Below are positions 39,148-52,441 of a stretch of 64,000 nucleotides of DNA, piece by piece. Location of the stretch: positions 18,352,001-18,416,000 of the forward strand of contig OX597830.1 of NCBI GenBank assembly GCA_951406725.2. Direction: 5' to 3'. The notes below the pieces were generated by a model. The model had not been told where the DNA came from. It saw only the letters and a program-made list of their open reading frames with translations, and ran no database searches. Within the stretch, counting starts at the first letter, position 1. The number at the start of each line of letters is the position of its first letter. A program made the translations under genes and the position numbers. The stretch comes from Octopus vulgaris (Eukaryota).

Positions 39148-39774
39148 TCTGTTTCAACACAATTCCACATGAGGAATTTTGTGAAACAAATACACAATTG
39201 TAATTTAAATTTTAAATTTTATGCATATTTATAAATAATCTAAAAAATATCCAATAACACAGTATTGCAACTTCTATATGTAACCTTCACCTTACCCACC
39301 TTACCCCCATTCACCCAGCCACTTTGTCAGTCAGACATTCATGAATCATTTATGAATTCCCTCCTTGCTTTAAAAATCAGTTTTCTTCTGGGTGGGTATA
39401 TTGAGTACATTCAGAGCTCAGCTTTTTCCTTCATATTCTATATCAACAGGTTTAAAGTCTCACCACCCCAAATCCACCTGTTTGAAACAAACAATCCAGA
39501 TCTAAGTCCCATGAATTTCTAATGAGTTTCCTCTAAAATTATGTTTTTTTTTTAAGGGCTTGGCTTTGCATTTTTCTTCAAGGGGATCAGATGGAAATGT
39601 ACTTCTATTGTATGATTAAATTGTTAATCTACCCAGAGTTGCTTGTCTCTTTTTTTTGTCACATTTTTCTCTCTAGTATTATAAGAGCAATGCGTTGGTA
39701 ATGATATTGCTATAGACAACAATAATGATTGTGTTGTTGGTGTTGATGATGATGGTGGTATAGATATTAAGCAC

Positions 39775-39883
39775 AGGCATGGGTGTGTGGTAAAAGAAGC
39801 TTGATTTCCAATCACATGGTTCCAGGTTCAGTCCCACTGTGTGGCACCTTGGGCAAGTGTTTTCTACCATAGCCTCATGCGCA

Positions 39884-39925
<42 letters not shown>

Positions 39926-40113
39926 ATTGTGTCTGTGTTTGTCCCTCCCCACCATCGCTTGACAATTGGCACCAGTGTGTTTACGTACCCCTAACTTAGC
40001 AGTTCAGCAAGAGAAACCAATGGAATAAGTACTAGTTTCAATTCATTTGACTAAAAACATCTCCAAGACGGTACCCCAGTATGGCTGCAGTCTGATGTCT
40101 GAAACAAATAAAA
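39775..40113 (+). mobile_element. Family A SINE (internally deleted)
   Basis: Head and tail match the consensus. Confidence 0.75.
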
Positions 40114-40929
40114 GATGGTCCTGGTAGTAGCTGCCTAGTGGCAGTGTAATGGTAATACAAACTGCAGTAATATTAGTATATTGTTGTTGTTGTGCTGGTG
40201 GTAGATATGGTGGTGGTAATTTTGGGCATGGCAAGAGAAGTAGAAAATGGTAGACAACAGTGTTAGCCATGATGGTAGGGTGATAGCATGGTGATGATCA
40301 TAGTAGCAATGATATGTTTGCTATTGTTTAGCCCCAGGTCAGCTTTGATTGAACAAACCTATGATCAAAGGCATTCCTGCCATGGCATTTGCATCTTTTC
40401 GTAGATTTAGGATTATGTCGTTCAATGTACCCTTTCTTTCTTAAGAAGGTGGTGATTGAGGTAAGCAGTGGATGTAAACAGTGGAATCCAGCAATATATA
40501 TATATATATTCCACAGTTATACTTAAAGCAGTACAGGATTATGAAAGAAAATAATGTTTATTATCATCTGATCCACTCTTAGTATTTCCTCTTTGAACTG
40601 AGACAAGGAAAATAACAAAAATTAAAAACCAGATTTTTCTCATTAAAAAGGATGGAAAAATTTATTTTGTCTCTTCTTTAACTTTTTTCAGTCATTGGAC
40701 TGCACCTGTGCTGGGGCACTGCCTTGAAAAACTTTAGTTGAAAATCAACCCTAGTACTTGTTTTTGAAGAGTGGTACTTATTTCACTGGTCTCATTTGTC
40801 AATAAATCAACATCAGTCATGAGAGCATGGAGATGAATCTCATACACGCTCACAGACAGTGAAGTTCTCTTCAATTTCAGACACTGTTGGAGTTGTAGAT
40901 TATAAAATAGCAGTGGATTCTTTGATTCT

Positions 40930-41290
40930 TTACCTCTTTTACTCTTTTACTTGTTTCAGTCATTTGTCTTTAGTCAAGCAAATAGACCCCAGGACTTATT
41001 CTTTGTAAGCCTAGTACTTATTCTATCGGTCTCTTTTGCCAAACCGCTATGTTACAGGGACACAAACACACCAGCATTGGTTGTCAAGTGATGTTGAGGA
41101 ATACACACACACACACACACATACATATACATATATACGACGGGCTTCTTTCAGTTTCCGTCTACCAAATCCATTCACAAAGCTTTGGTTGGCATGAGGC
41201 TATAGTAGAAGGTGCCACGCAGAGGGACTGAACCCGGAACCATGTGGTTGGTATGCACGCTACTTACCACACAGCCACACCTGTGCCTAT
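40930..41290 (-). mobile_element. Family A SINE
   Basis: Reverse complement of the consensus. Confidence 0.8.
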
Positions 41291-41439
41291 GACCTGTTGA
41301 TTAGTGTTTTACTATATATCAATTAATGTGGTGTACTTCACTTTGATATGCTCCAATCTTAATTGGTCCTCTTTAATAGGTATCCATCTATCTATAAATG
41401 TGTGTGTGTATACATGTGTTTTTGAGCAAGACACTTTAG

Positions 41440-41733
41440 TGAGTTCAATTCCTGGACTGGGCTGTGTGTTGTGTTCTTGAGCAAGACACTTTATTTCATC
41501 TTGCTCCAGTTCACTCAGCTGTAGAAATGAGTTGTGACATCACTGGTGCCAAGCCCTATCAGTCTTTGCTTTTCCCTTGGGCAACAAGGAAGTGGCATGG
41601 AGAGGGGAGGCTGGTATGCATGGGCGACTGCTGGTCTTCCATAAACAACCTTGCCCGGACTTGAGCCTCAGAGCAGAACTTTCTAAGTGCAATCCCATGG
41701 TCATTCATGACTGAAAGGGGTCTTTACCCTTTT
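41440..41733 (+). mobile_element. CORE-like SINE family E (second copy at 54390-54640)
   Basis: gttcaattcctggac B-box, gtgttcttgagcaagacacttt CORE-like segment, and a shared 3' part in both copies. Confidence 0.7.
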
Positions 41734-41752
41734 ACATGTGTTTGTGTATATG

Positions 41753-41783
<31 letters not shown>

Positions 41784-42360
41784 ACATAAATATAAATGTG
41801 TACATACACACACCTGCACATATGCACATTATGGGCTTCCACATAGTTCCGTCCTCCAGATTCACTCTCAAGGTATTGGTAATCCTGGGTCTATTATGAA
41901 CACACTTGCTGAAGGTGCCATGCAGTGGGACTTTTCTTTATAAATTATCCTCTTACTCATAACAGCATACCTATCAAACTGTATCTAGTGTTTCTCATGG
42001 GTGGGAGTGAAGTATGGAAAATGGACATACAAATGGCCATCATCAGATTTTTTTAAACTTGACCAATACCTTGAGGAAGAAAGGAAGATTAGAAACAAAT
42101 TATTCATTTCCATAACAGTAACACACACACATGTATATATTCAAGGCTTGTTTCAGTTTCTGCTTACTAAAATTATTTTCTTTTAAGTTTGGTACTTTAT
42201 TCTATCAGTCTCTTTTGCTGAACTGCTAAATTACAGGGATGTAAACACACAGCGTTTGTAAACCGAGGTACTATTGTATTAAATGAATATGAGAAAGACA
42301 GGAGATAAAGTACGGCTTATTGGGGATCAGAGTTATTTGAAAACTGAGGTTCTACTATAC

Positions 42361-42401
<41 letters not shown>

Positions 42402-42755
42402 TCATCATTATCATCATTTAACGTCCGCTTTCCATGCTAGCATGGGTTAGACGATTTGACTGAGGACTGGCAAACCAGATGGCTGCACCAGGCTCCAATC
42501 TGATCTACCAGTTTCTACAGCTGGGTACCCTTCCTAACGCCAGCCACTCGGAGAGTGTAGTGGGTGCTTTTGTGTTCCACCAGCACGAGGGCCAGTCAGG
42601 TGGTACTGGCAATAGCCACATTCAAATGGTACTTTTTATGTGCCACCTGCACAGGAGCCAGTCCAGCAGCACTGGTAATGACCTCGCTCGAATGCTTTTT
42701 TCACGGGCCACCGGCACAAGTGCCAGGAAGGTGACGCTGGTAACGATCACGCTCG
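42402..42755 (-). mobile_element. RTE LINE 3'UTR fragment (family C)
   Basis: Same sequence family as 4807-5080. Confidence 0.75.
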
Positions 42756-42786
<31 letters not shown>

Positions 42787-44594
42787 TATGCATGTGTGTG
42801 TGTGTATATACATTCCGTCTACCAAATCCACTCGAAAAGCTTTGGTCAGCCCAAGTCTATAGAAAAAATACAGTTGCCCATGGTGCCATTCGGTGAGACT
42901 GAACCCAGAACCATGTAGTTGGGAAGCAAACCTTGTGACCTAGCAACAAATAGAATAAGTACCAGAATTAAAAATATGTTCAGGGGTTGATTTGTTTGGA
43001 GGGTGGTACTCCAGCATAACCAGAGTCCAGTGATACAAATAAAAAAAAAAAGGTAAGGTTAAAGATAGAGAGGATAGCCTTATTTTAATCATTACTGCTC
43101 TCTGTGCCTCTGTTAATATAAACACTGCTACCCCACCATTAGCAGTAGCATTTTATTTGGGTTGTTTTTCCTTCTTTTAAGTCTCCACAAACCAATATGA
43201 GACACTAAACTCAATGACCCGTAACAAAATAGCCTCCATCCACACCAAAAGGTGACATTTAACAACAATGTCATTAACAACAACAAATACCAACACACCA
43301 CCACCACCACCAACAACAACAGGAAAATAAACACCAATACAACACTACTACCACCACCGCCACCACTAATATGACTATAAAAAACACAACAACCATAATA
43401 CCTGCCACCACCACCACCAAAGCAACAACAACAATTACAGTAACAACAGCAACAATTACAACAATAACAAAACCAGCATTGCTACAGTGTGACCCAGGTG
43501 ATGTGAATGCTAAATAAACACCATTTGCAGCAGCTCAGCTTACCTTTTGAAAACACAATAAGGCTGCTAGGGTGGGGCAGTGTTAAAAGTGTAGGGGAGG
43601 GGTGAAGTTGAAGCCAGATGGTTGGTGGGGGGGGGGTTGGAGAATGGGAGATTAAGGTGGAGGACACAGATATAATAAACCTTCAGTGGTGGAGAATGGA
43701 TGTGTAAGGTCAGTGGTGTAGGGGAGGGGGTGAAAGCTGTGGCTAACTCCCTCCCACTCCCCACCTCCTTGCTGCATGGGAAAAAGAAAAAAAAACATGT
43801 ATATTGTCTTCCAAAGAAATGCATCTCCCACCACACCACACCACACCGCACCCCTATCCCCCTCCCCCTCACCACACTCTCTCCCCTCACCTCTAATTCC
43901 TCAAATTCTCTTCCTTGTACCCAGGTGTCATCGGAACTTCACAATGTCACAAAAGTGATGTGTAGTACATACACACGAAAACATACCTGCGCTCACACAC
44001 ACACCACGAATTCACACAGGTACAAAAATTCGTATTCACATAAGGGTGCATGCACAGACCACCCCACCCCACCCCACCAAATTTACAGACAAACACTCAT
44101 TCGCACATACACAGTAAATTGTAATAAATTGACTAGTGCATGCATGTATGCGTGTGTATGTGTGTGTGTGTGTGTGTGCATTGTGTTACTGTTTAGTTTC
44201 AGGTGTACCTTGATGGAGCAGACCCATGATCAAAGGCATTCCATCCACAACTCTCTTTCTCTCTCTCACTCTCTCTCTCTCTCTTCTCCTCTTTCCCCGT
44301 TTTCTTTCTATTTTGCTTTTTTCAGACAGACACTATCTAGGATTACATGGTCCAATGTGTCCTTATTTTAAAAAAATGTTAGGATGTGATGTAGTCATTA
44401 AGCAACCACATATGGACTCCTTCTGTACTTTACCATACTTTTTACAACAAGGGGCCATCGTAACACATTGTAAGACAAAATATAAAGTAAAAATTATAAA
44501 AGTAATAAAATCCTATATAGAATTCCACGAAAAAAGGAAAATAACTGTGGAAGCTTTATGAATTGTAAAATATCACTCAGATGCAAGTTTCTTC

Positions 44595-44759
44595 TATGGC
44601 CTTGGGCCAACCAAAGCCTTGTGGGTAGATTTGGTAGACGGAAACTGAAAGAAGCCCGTCGTATATATATATATATGTGTGTGTATGTGTGTGTATATAT
44701 ATATATATACATATATATGTGTATATACACATATATGTGTATATATATCTGTGTGTGTG

Positions 44760-44790
<31 letters not shown>

Positions 44791-44985
44791 ATATGTTTGT
44801 CCCCCCAACATCGCTTGACAACCGATGCTGGTGTGTTTATGTCCCTGTTACTTAGCGGTTTGGCAAAAGAGACCGATAGAATAAGTACTAGGCTTACAAA
44901 GAATAAGTCCTAGGGTTGATTTGCTTGACTAAAGGCAGTGCTCCAGCATGGCCACAGTCAACTGACTAAAACAAGTAAAAGAGTA
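44595..44985 (+). mobile_element. Family A SINE, 5'-truncated, with expanded central microsatellite
   Basis: Consensus match. Confidence 0.8.
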
Positions 44986-45165
44986 TGCATGGGACATAAA
45001 CATCATGACCATCACCGTTAAACCCATTCGATACCAATCCGGCTGAAACCGCCTCTGGCTCTGTAGTGCAAATGTCTTGTTTTCATAAGTTTTGAATTAA
45101 AATCTTCCACCAAACTTTAATCACAATTTACGTTCCTAACACAGCTTAATGATAACTAAGTTTGA

Positions 45166-45510
45166 AGGCGGCAAGGTGGCAGAAATGTTAGCATGCTGGG
45201 CGAAATGCTTATTGGTATTTTGTCTGCTATTACCTTCTGAGTTCAAATTCCGCCGAGGTCAACTTTGCCTTTCATCCCTTCAGGGGTCGATTAAATAAGT
45301 TCCAGTTACGCACTGGGGTCGATGCAATTGACTTAATCCCTTTGTCTGTCCTTGTTTGTCCCCTCTGTGTTTAGCCCCTTATGGGTAATAAAGAAATAAG
45401 AAACATTAGCATGCCCAGTGAAATGCTTAGCGGTATATTGTCTGTTTTTACATTGTGTCCTTGTTTGTCCCCTCTATGTTTAGCCCCTTGTGGGTAATAA
45501 AGAAACATAT
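45166..45510 (+). mobile_element. Family B SINE with a partial second unit
   Basis: The tail aagaaataagaaa runs into cattagcatgccc, an internal head sequence. Confidence 0.75.
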
Positions 45511-45948
45511 AGTGGAAGACACTTGCCCAATATGCCATACAGGACTGAACCATAGACCATGTGGTTGGGAAGCAAGCGTCTTACCACTCGGCCATGCCAG
45601 AAAATCCAAGTAGGGCATGGGGAAAAGACACAGTGCTTTTCCTATTCATTTTGAGTTAAAATCCCAGTAGGGGAGTATGGTCAAACATATTTATTATCTT
45701 TTACAGCAGATCAAAGGGCCTAATAAAATATGATTCTGTGATTAATTATACCAACCATAGAACTTTCCTATTTATTTATTTATTTTAAAGTTAATAAAGG
45801 GCCAGAGAATTGTCAGCTCCATTTACATTGGCCACTTTTTCCACAGTGGTCAACAAAGAAGACTCCTCTATATGGTTGCTCAACCTGGAGAAATAAGCAG
45901 CCAAATCTCCCTCATATTACGTTATACCATCTAAAAAAAAAAAAAAAC

Positions 45949-46335
45949 AGGTGTAGGAGTGGCTGTGTGGTACATAGCTTGCTTACCAACCACATTGTTC
46001 CAGGTTCAGTCCCACTGCATGGCACCTTGGGCAAGTGTCTTCTACTATAGCCTTGGGCCAACTGAAGCCTTGTGAGTGGATTTGGTAGACGGAAACTGAA
46101 AGAAGCCCGTCGTATATATGTATATATATGTGTATGTGTTTGTCCCACCCCCCTCAACATTGCTTGACAACCGATGCTGGTGTGTTTATGTCCCTGTAAC
46201 TTAGCGGTTCGGCAAAAGAGATCGATAGAATAAGTACTAGGCTTACAAAGAATAAGTCCTGGGGGGCGATTTGCTTGACTAAAGGCAGTGCTCCAGCATG
46301 GCCACAGTCAAATGACTGAAACAAGTAAAAGAGGG
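45949..46335 (+). mobile_element. Family A SINE inserted in an old ~200-bp repeat (family F, 45860-46475)
   Basis: Family F (gcagccaaatctccctca...gatcataggtctgc...ggggctaaacaacaac) continues on both sides. Many degenerate F copies occur, e.g. 24170, 32160, 44180, 61540, 62120. Confidence 0.8.
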
Positions 46336-46861
46336 AAAGAAAGAGGAAATGCACATTCACTAATTGATATAGTTCTTATATACACAATATTTGAAAGATG
46401 AGATGACCATCAATAGAATGACTTTGATCATAGGTCTGCTTAATCAGACCCTTACCTGGGGCTAAACAACAACTACAAATGTAGACAGTGTAGTGGGATA
46501 TGTGGTAGTGGTGTGATGCAAACCCTCCCCCAGGCTGACTCCACAGACCCCTTTTCTCTACTTCTGTGTTCCTCTCTCCCTTTCACTCTCATCCCCCCCC
46601 CACCACCACCACTGGAGGTCATCAATCACAAATGACAGATTGTACAGAAGCATCACAGCCATTAGATGAAGCTACTATCTTTCTTGTCTGATAGATCTGA
46701 ACTACTGTGGTGGGGACAGCCTATCTGTTCATCATTTCAGCCACCTCTGGTCAGGCAGACAAGCTCTGCTTAAGAAGTCAAAGCAAACTCTGTGCTGGTG
46801 TGTGTGTGTGTGTATGCTTGTGAACATATATTGTTTTTACATGAGCTTATATACTATATAT

Positions 46862-47260
46862 AGGCACAGGAGTGGCTGTGTGGTAAGTGGCTTGCTTACC
46901 AACCACATGGTTCCAGGTTCAGTGCACTTTGGGCAAGTGTCTTCTACTGTAGCCTCAGGTCCACCAAAGCCTTGTGAGTGGATTTGGTAGATGGAAACTG
47001 AAAGAAGCCTGTCATATATATAGATATATATATATATGTGTGTGTGTATGTTTGTATGTCTATGTTTGTCCCCCAACATCACTTGACAACTGATGCTGGT
47101 GTGTTTATGTCCCCGTAACATAGCAGTTTGGCAAAAGAGACCGATAGAATAAGTACTAGGCTTGCAAAGAATAAGTCCTGCAGTTGATTTGCTCGACTAG
47201 AAGCAGTGCTCCAGCATGGCCACAGTCAAATGAGTGAAACAAATAAAAGAGTAAAAGAGT
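46862..47260 (+). mobile_element. Family A SINE, full length
   Basis: Consensus match. Confidence 0.85.
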
Positions 47261-47605
47261 ATATATTATCCATCATCTGATGAAGCTTCAAGTAGCCCAC
47301 TTGATTTACTAGAAAATTATGCTCTACCATTTAAAGAAAGAGAGCCATATATATGTGTATATAGTAAGGTTTATATGCCAACATAACGTGGCAGTCCTGT
47401 AAAGGATGTTGTTACTGTTGTTTTAGCCTCAGGAAAACATCTTTTCCAGCTGGCTGATGACACCACATGGCTTTGGTTTCAGTCCCACTGCACAGCACCT
47501 TGGACAAATGTATTCTACTATAGCACCAGGTTGACCAAAACTTTGGGTGTGAATTTGATAGATGGAAACTGTGAGGAAGCCATTCGTGCATACATACACA
47601 CATAC

Positions 47606-47651
<46 letters not shown>

Positions 47652-47736
47652 CATAAAAGCAAAGTTTATTGTGATCAGTGTTGTATAATGATATCTGATA
47701 GTATGGTCAGTCACTTAATGAGGTGATATATTTATG

Positions 47737-47783
<47 letters not shown>

Positions 47784-47784
47784 G

Positions 47785-47817
<33 letters not shown>

Positions 47818-47898
47818 TTTACAAAAAAAACAAAAGACGAAGACAGGTAGTGTACAAAACAAACAGATGTATTAGTATAATGCTCAGGAATAGAAAAA

Positions 47899-47940
47899 GT
47901 CTTTTACATTTTGAGCCTACGCTCTTCTACAGAAAGGGAC
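47899..47940 (-). ncRNA. Decayed minimal hammerhead ribozyme
   Basis: Minus strand GUCCCUUU-CUGUAGA-A-GAGC-GUAG-GCUC-AAAA-UG-UA-AAAGAC. Hammerhead layout, but with core changes CUGUAGA and AAAA. Confidence 0.55.
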
Positions 47941-48291
47941 ACAGAAAAAAGGAGAGAAAAAAATGTGTGTAGTGGTTACCGATGTATCAAGTCTATATTT
48001 ATATGACTTGGTGTTTATGATTGTAGTCCCCCACTACTTGACAACCAATGCTGGTTTGTTTATGTCCTCATAACAGCGATTTACTGAAAGAAACTGTAAG
48101 AATAAATACCAGACCTAGTACTGGGGTTGATTTGTTTGGTTAAACTCTTCAAGGTAGTGCTACAGCTTGGCCACAATCCAAGAACTGAAACAAGTAAAAG
48201 AAAGGATAAAAGAAGAGTGCTATAGTCTTTTATTCTATAGGACAAGGCCTGGAGCCCAGTGCTGGACTGGTTCATATTTTATCAACTTTAA

Positions 48292-48700
48292 CCCTTTTGT
48301 TACTAACCCAGCCAAAAACCGGCTCTGGCTCTGTAGCATAAATGTCTGGTTTTCATAAGTTTTGAATTAAAATCTTCCACCAAACCTTCGTCACAATTTA
48401 TGTTCCCAACACTAGCTTCATTATAACTAAGTTATTTTACTAAATTCTTTGTTATATTTACAGAGATGTACTTGCATAGCAAGTGATTTGATCTGAGATT
48501 GTGTGCTGGAACGAAAACAATTGCAGCGTGGAAGGTGTTTGTAAGCCATTTAAGAAACACACAAAAGCCGTTCGATTCACTTCAACATTTAAGTTTAATT
48601 TGTCAAAATATTTTCATCACTTTAAGACCGCGACCTGTTCACTGACAAAAATCCGTGCTGCATCTCAAAATAAGCATCTCAAAATAAATACAGAAACAGA
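48292..48700 (+). mobile_element. P1 MITE interrupted by a ~205-bp hammerhead-bearing insert (48461-48666)
   Basis: The MITE body breaks after gttatattta and resumes at gcatctcaaaataaatacag. Confidence 0.65.
48599..48649 (-). ncRNA. Hammerhead ribozyme variant with G3:C8 core swap
   Basis: Minus strand UUUGUCA-GUGAACA-G-GUCGC-loop-GUGAU-GAAA-AUAU-UU-UGACAAA. 7-bp stem I, stem II with two G-U pairs, palindromic AAUAUU stem III. Confidence 0.6.
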
Positions 48701-48998
48701 TGAAAGACAAAGTTAACCTCAGCAGAATTTGAACTCAGAATGTAAAGAGAAACTTGTTCAACATGTTAATGATTCTGCCAGCTCACCATCTAAGCAGTTC
48801 TATACTGAGAGAGGATTTTATACAGACTCTTAGCTAGCTAAAAACAGCAGCCAAATCTCTTTCAAATCACATTTATTTCATAATAGGCCAGCTCCCTTGG
48901 TGCTGCTCATGGGGCTATGACAACACTTATGTTTAGAGGGATAGAGCAGAAAAGGAAGGAGCCAATATAAAAGAGACACAGAGGAGTGGGTAGAGAAA

Positions 48999-49054
<56 letters not shown>

Positions 49055-49448
49055 GTGAGTGTGTGAGAAAAGGAGTGTTTCAATAAGCCAGCCAGTCAGC
49101 CTCACTGCAGCTAGCCTTGGCTCTGAAATGCTGAAAAACAAAGGCAAAAAACAAAAAAGAAAAGAAATCTTAAGGTGTAGGGCCAAGTTCAAAAGAAGAA
49201 CAAGTCTGATGAATCTGTAACACTCAACTGTACATTACTTCTAGCTATCAGGTTTCTCCACCAAACAGTTGCTCAGGTGAAAGACAGGTCAATTTTAGAC
49301 AAGGCAACACTTTAAACTCTTTTGGAGCTGATGGTAGGGTAAGGTAGCACTGGTAGTGGTGGCAAGTTTCATTGTTGCTGCATATATGTGTGTGTGAGTA
49401 TGTGTGTGCGTGTGTATGCATGCACATACTATATACATACATAAACAT

Positions 49449-49506
<58 letters not shown>

Positions 49507-49542
49507 ATGTTTAGACATATATATATATACATACACACACAC

Positions 49543-49581
<39 letters not shown>

Positions 49582-49632
49582 ATGTTTATGTATACACACA
49601 CACACATACATAAACATGCACACACATGTTTA

Positions 49633-49668
<36 letters not shown>

Positions 49669-50019
49669 CACATAAACATACACGTGTGTGTGTGTATATT
49701 TATGTATATATATATATATATATATACATACACACATACACATATAAACATGCATACACACAATTTTATTCTTTTACTGCTTTCAGTAATTAGATTGTGG
49801 CCATGCTGGGGCATGATCTTAAAGGTTAATTACATAAACGATCACTTATCTGCATACATACACATCCCCCATTTCTCACTCTGTATGTCTGTCCACCTCC
49901 CAACACATTTTCCAACTCCACACACAACAGATGATTGTAGAAGATATCTTTTTCCAAGATGCCTAGCAGTGGGAATGAACCCGAAACCAAGTAATTGCTA
50001 AGTGAACTTCTTTAACCAC

Positions 50020-50820
50020 AGGCGCATGGCTGTGTCGTAAGAAGTTTGCTTCTCAGCCACATGGTTCCATGGGCAAGCGTATTCTGCTACAGCCTCAGGA
50101 CGACCAAAGCCTTGTGTGTGGATCTGGTAGATGAAAACTCAAAGAAGCCAGTTGTGTGTGTGTATTTGTGCCCTGTCTCTGCTTGACAACTGGTCTTGAT
50201 CTGTTGGCAAAAATAGACTGATACAATAAGTACCAGGCACAAGGCGGCAAGCTGGCAGAATCGTTAGCATGCCGGGCAAAATGCTTAGTGGTATTTCGTC
50301 TGCTGTTACGTTCTGAGTTCAAATTCTGCTGAGGTCGACTTTGCCTTTCATCTTTTTGGGGTCGATAAATTAAGTACCAGTAACGCACTGAGGTCGATGT
50401 AATCCATTTGTCCTCTCTGTGTTTAGCCCCTTGTGGGTAGTAAAGAAATAGGTATTTTGTCTGCTGTTACATTGTGAGTTCAAATTCCGCCGAGGTTGAC
50501 TTTGCCTTTCATCCTTTCGGGTCGATAAATTAAGTACCAGTTATGCACTGGTGTCGGCCCTTGTTTGTCCCCTCTGTGTTTAGCCCCTTGTGGGCAATAA
50601 AGAAATAAGAATAAGTACCAGGCTTAAAAAAAAAAGTAGACACCAGGATTAATTTGTTCAACTAAAGTACCAGTTACACACTGAGGTCGATGTAATCTGT
50701 TTGTCTGTCCTTGTTTGTCCCCTCTGTGTTTAGCCCCTTAATTTATCGACCCCGAGAGGATGAAAGGCAAGGAGGTGCACCAGCATGACCGCAGTCTAAT
50801 GACTGAAACAAGTATTAAAA
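50020..50820 (+). mobile_element. Composite: family A SINE with nested multimeric family B SINEs (50243-50770)
   Basis: Repeated B bodies and tails lie between the two A halves; aataagtaccaggc is duplicated at ~50226 and ~50610. Confidence 0.75.
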
Positions 50821-51273
50821 AAAAATTAAGGATGTGTGTGTGTGTGTGTGTGTAGAAAGGAATATGGATAGTGAAAATATAGAATATGTAGCTCTTCTAC
50901 AAAAGCCTACTTAGCCCTCCTTCCCTTCCTTTCTCCAATATTTTAACCCCACGTCTCACATAAAGCACCCTCTCTCCCAGGTTTTGTAGTCTTGCAAGAT
51001 GCATTACAGCCTCTCTAGTGCTGTAAAGTGGGTGGCATTAAGATGCATGTACAGCCACAGAAACCATGCTGAAGCAGACACTGGAGAACAATATGGTCCT
51101 TGAACCCATCAGATCACTGACAAACTGCCAGCATGCAATAGAGATATTAAATGTTCATCGTAAAAACTGATGAGTCACTTACTACTATTGAGTTTCTCAA
51201 TATGTGCATGACATCCACATTGACAGTTTTCTCCATTTGCATATCATTATATACATACGTATGCATACACATA

Positions 51274-52441
51274 CACAGACAGGACAGAAATAAATAGATC
51301 CCCTTATAATCATTTAAATTTATTTAAATCTAAAATTATACATTCAAATTATCTATTAATTGTTGTAATGTGAACATTTAATATTTTGTAGATATGCTCT
51401 TTGCATTTTTCAATGCAAAGACCCTATTGGGCATGTTACTGATGAGATGACGAATATTCTCTTGAGGAATTTCTTGCCAAGTTTCATACAGTAATCTCAA
51501 AAGATCTGGCTTTGAAAATACTTTTTTGTTCTTTTTATGAAGTGTCCTGTCCATTATGTCCCAGAGGTGCTCAATAGGGTTCATATCTGGTGACTGGCTT
51601 GGCTATGGGAGTTTTTTAATGCCATTCTCATCCAACAAATCTTGGGTCATTTTAACCATGTGGCAAGGAGTCCTTCCCCCAATATGGACACATATTTATC
51701 TGAAGTTATGTTTCCCTCACACTTCACCAGCTCTGATCAACCATTGCTTCAAATTGCTCCCCAAACCAACTGCCTTGTTTCATTGTTGGCTGCAATCTTT
51801 TCACATCAAATTCTTGATCACAGAGTCTCCAAACCCACACTCAACTACTGTCAGGAAATACAGCAAATTTGGACTCATCAGGAAATATGACAGCGTCCCA
51901 AAATGCTAGTGGCTTCTCCACCATCTCCCTGGCCCAATCTTTTCTCTGCTTCATGTTGGCTGATCGAAGAAGTGGCTTCCTTCTTGCTGCTCTGCCATAG
52001 CAACCAAGCTTGTGGAGATACCTGGCAGCTGTTCTGGGACTGACATCAACTTGTTCTGCTATGCCAGAGGCCTTGCAACAAGGATTATCCACCACACGTC
52101 TATTAGCAAAGAGAAGGGTCCTATCACCCTGGTTGATGTGGGTGAGGTGATTCAGACTCGTTCCCCTCTCTGGTGAATTGCACAATCACTCTATTAACTG
52201 TAGAAAGCAGGATCCCATGGTTTTCTGCAATTTTATGCTATGTCTATCTCCAGAATGATCTACTGCCTCTTTGAAATTCAGACAGTTCCAAGGCTTCTTT
52301 TGTACATGGCAGGATCAAACAGTCACATATAGAACCTGAAACATAAAAATGTCAATTTATAAAAAATACAAACCTTTACAAGTTAGAATAAACATAAGAC
52401 GATGTTTTGTAGGGTGTCTATTTACTTCTGTCATGTCTGTG
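51274..52441 (-). mobile_element. Tc1-family DNA transposon, decayed, with TIRs and TA TSD
   Basis: TA|cacagacaggacagaaataaatagatcccct at left and its near reverse complement agggtgtctatttacttctgtcatgtctgtg|TA at right; 1168 bp. Confidence 0.9.
51378..52312 (-). pseudogene. Tc1 transposase pseudogene
   Basis: ELSEFQRG N-terminus; VSPRTAARYLHKLG..ARRKPLL..WDAVIFPDESKF; PSQSPDMNPIEHLW..AKSISTKY. Contains stops and frameshifts, and the second catalytic D region appears deleted. Confidence 0.9.

Noticed and set aside
43700-44371. 223-aa ORF
   Set aside because: Spans C-rich and microsatellite sequence and an old repeat; no recognisable motif.
49127-49220. Short basic ORF MLKNKGKKQKRKEILR.. after (AG)n
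   Set aside because: About 30 codons driven by A-rich composition; no supporting splice or homology evidence.
49372-50001. 209-aa ORF and overlapping ORFs
   Set aside because: Translations of (TA)n/(TG)n/(CA)n microsatellites.
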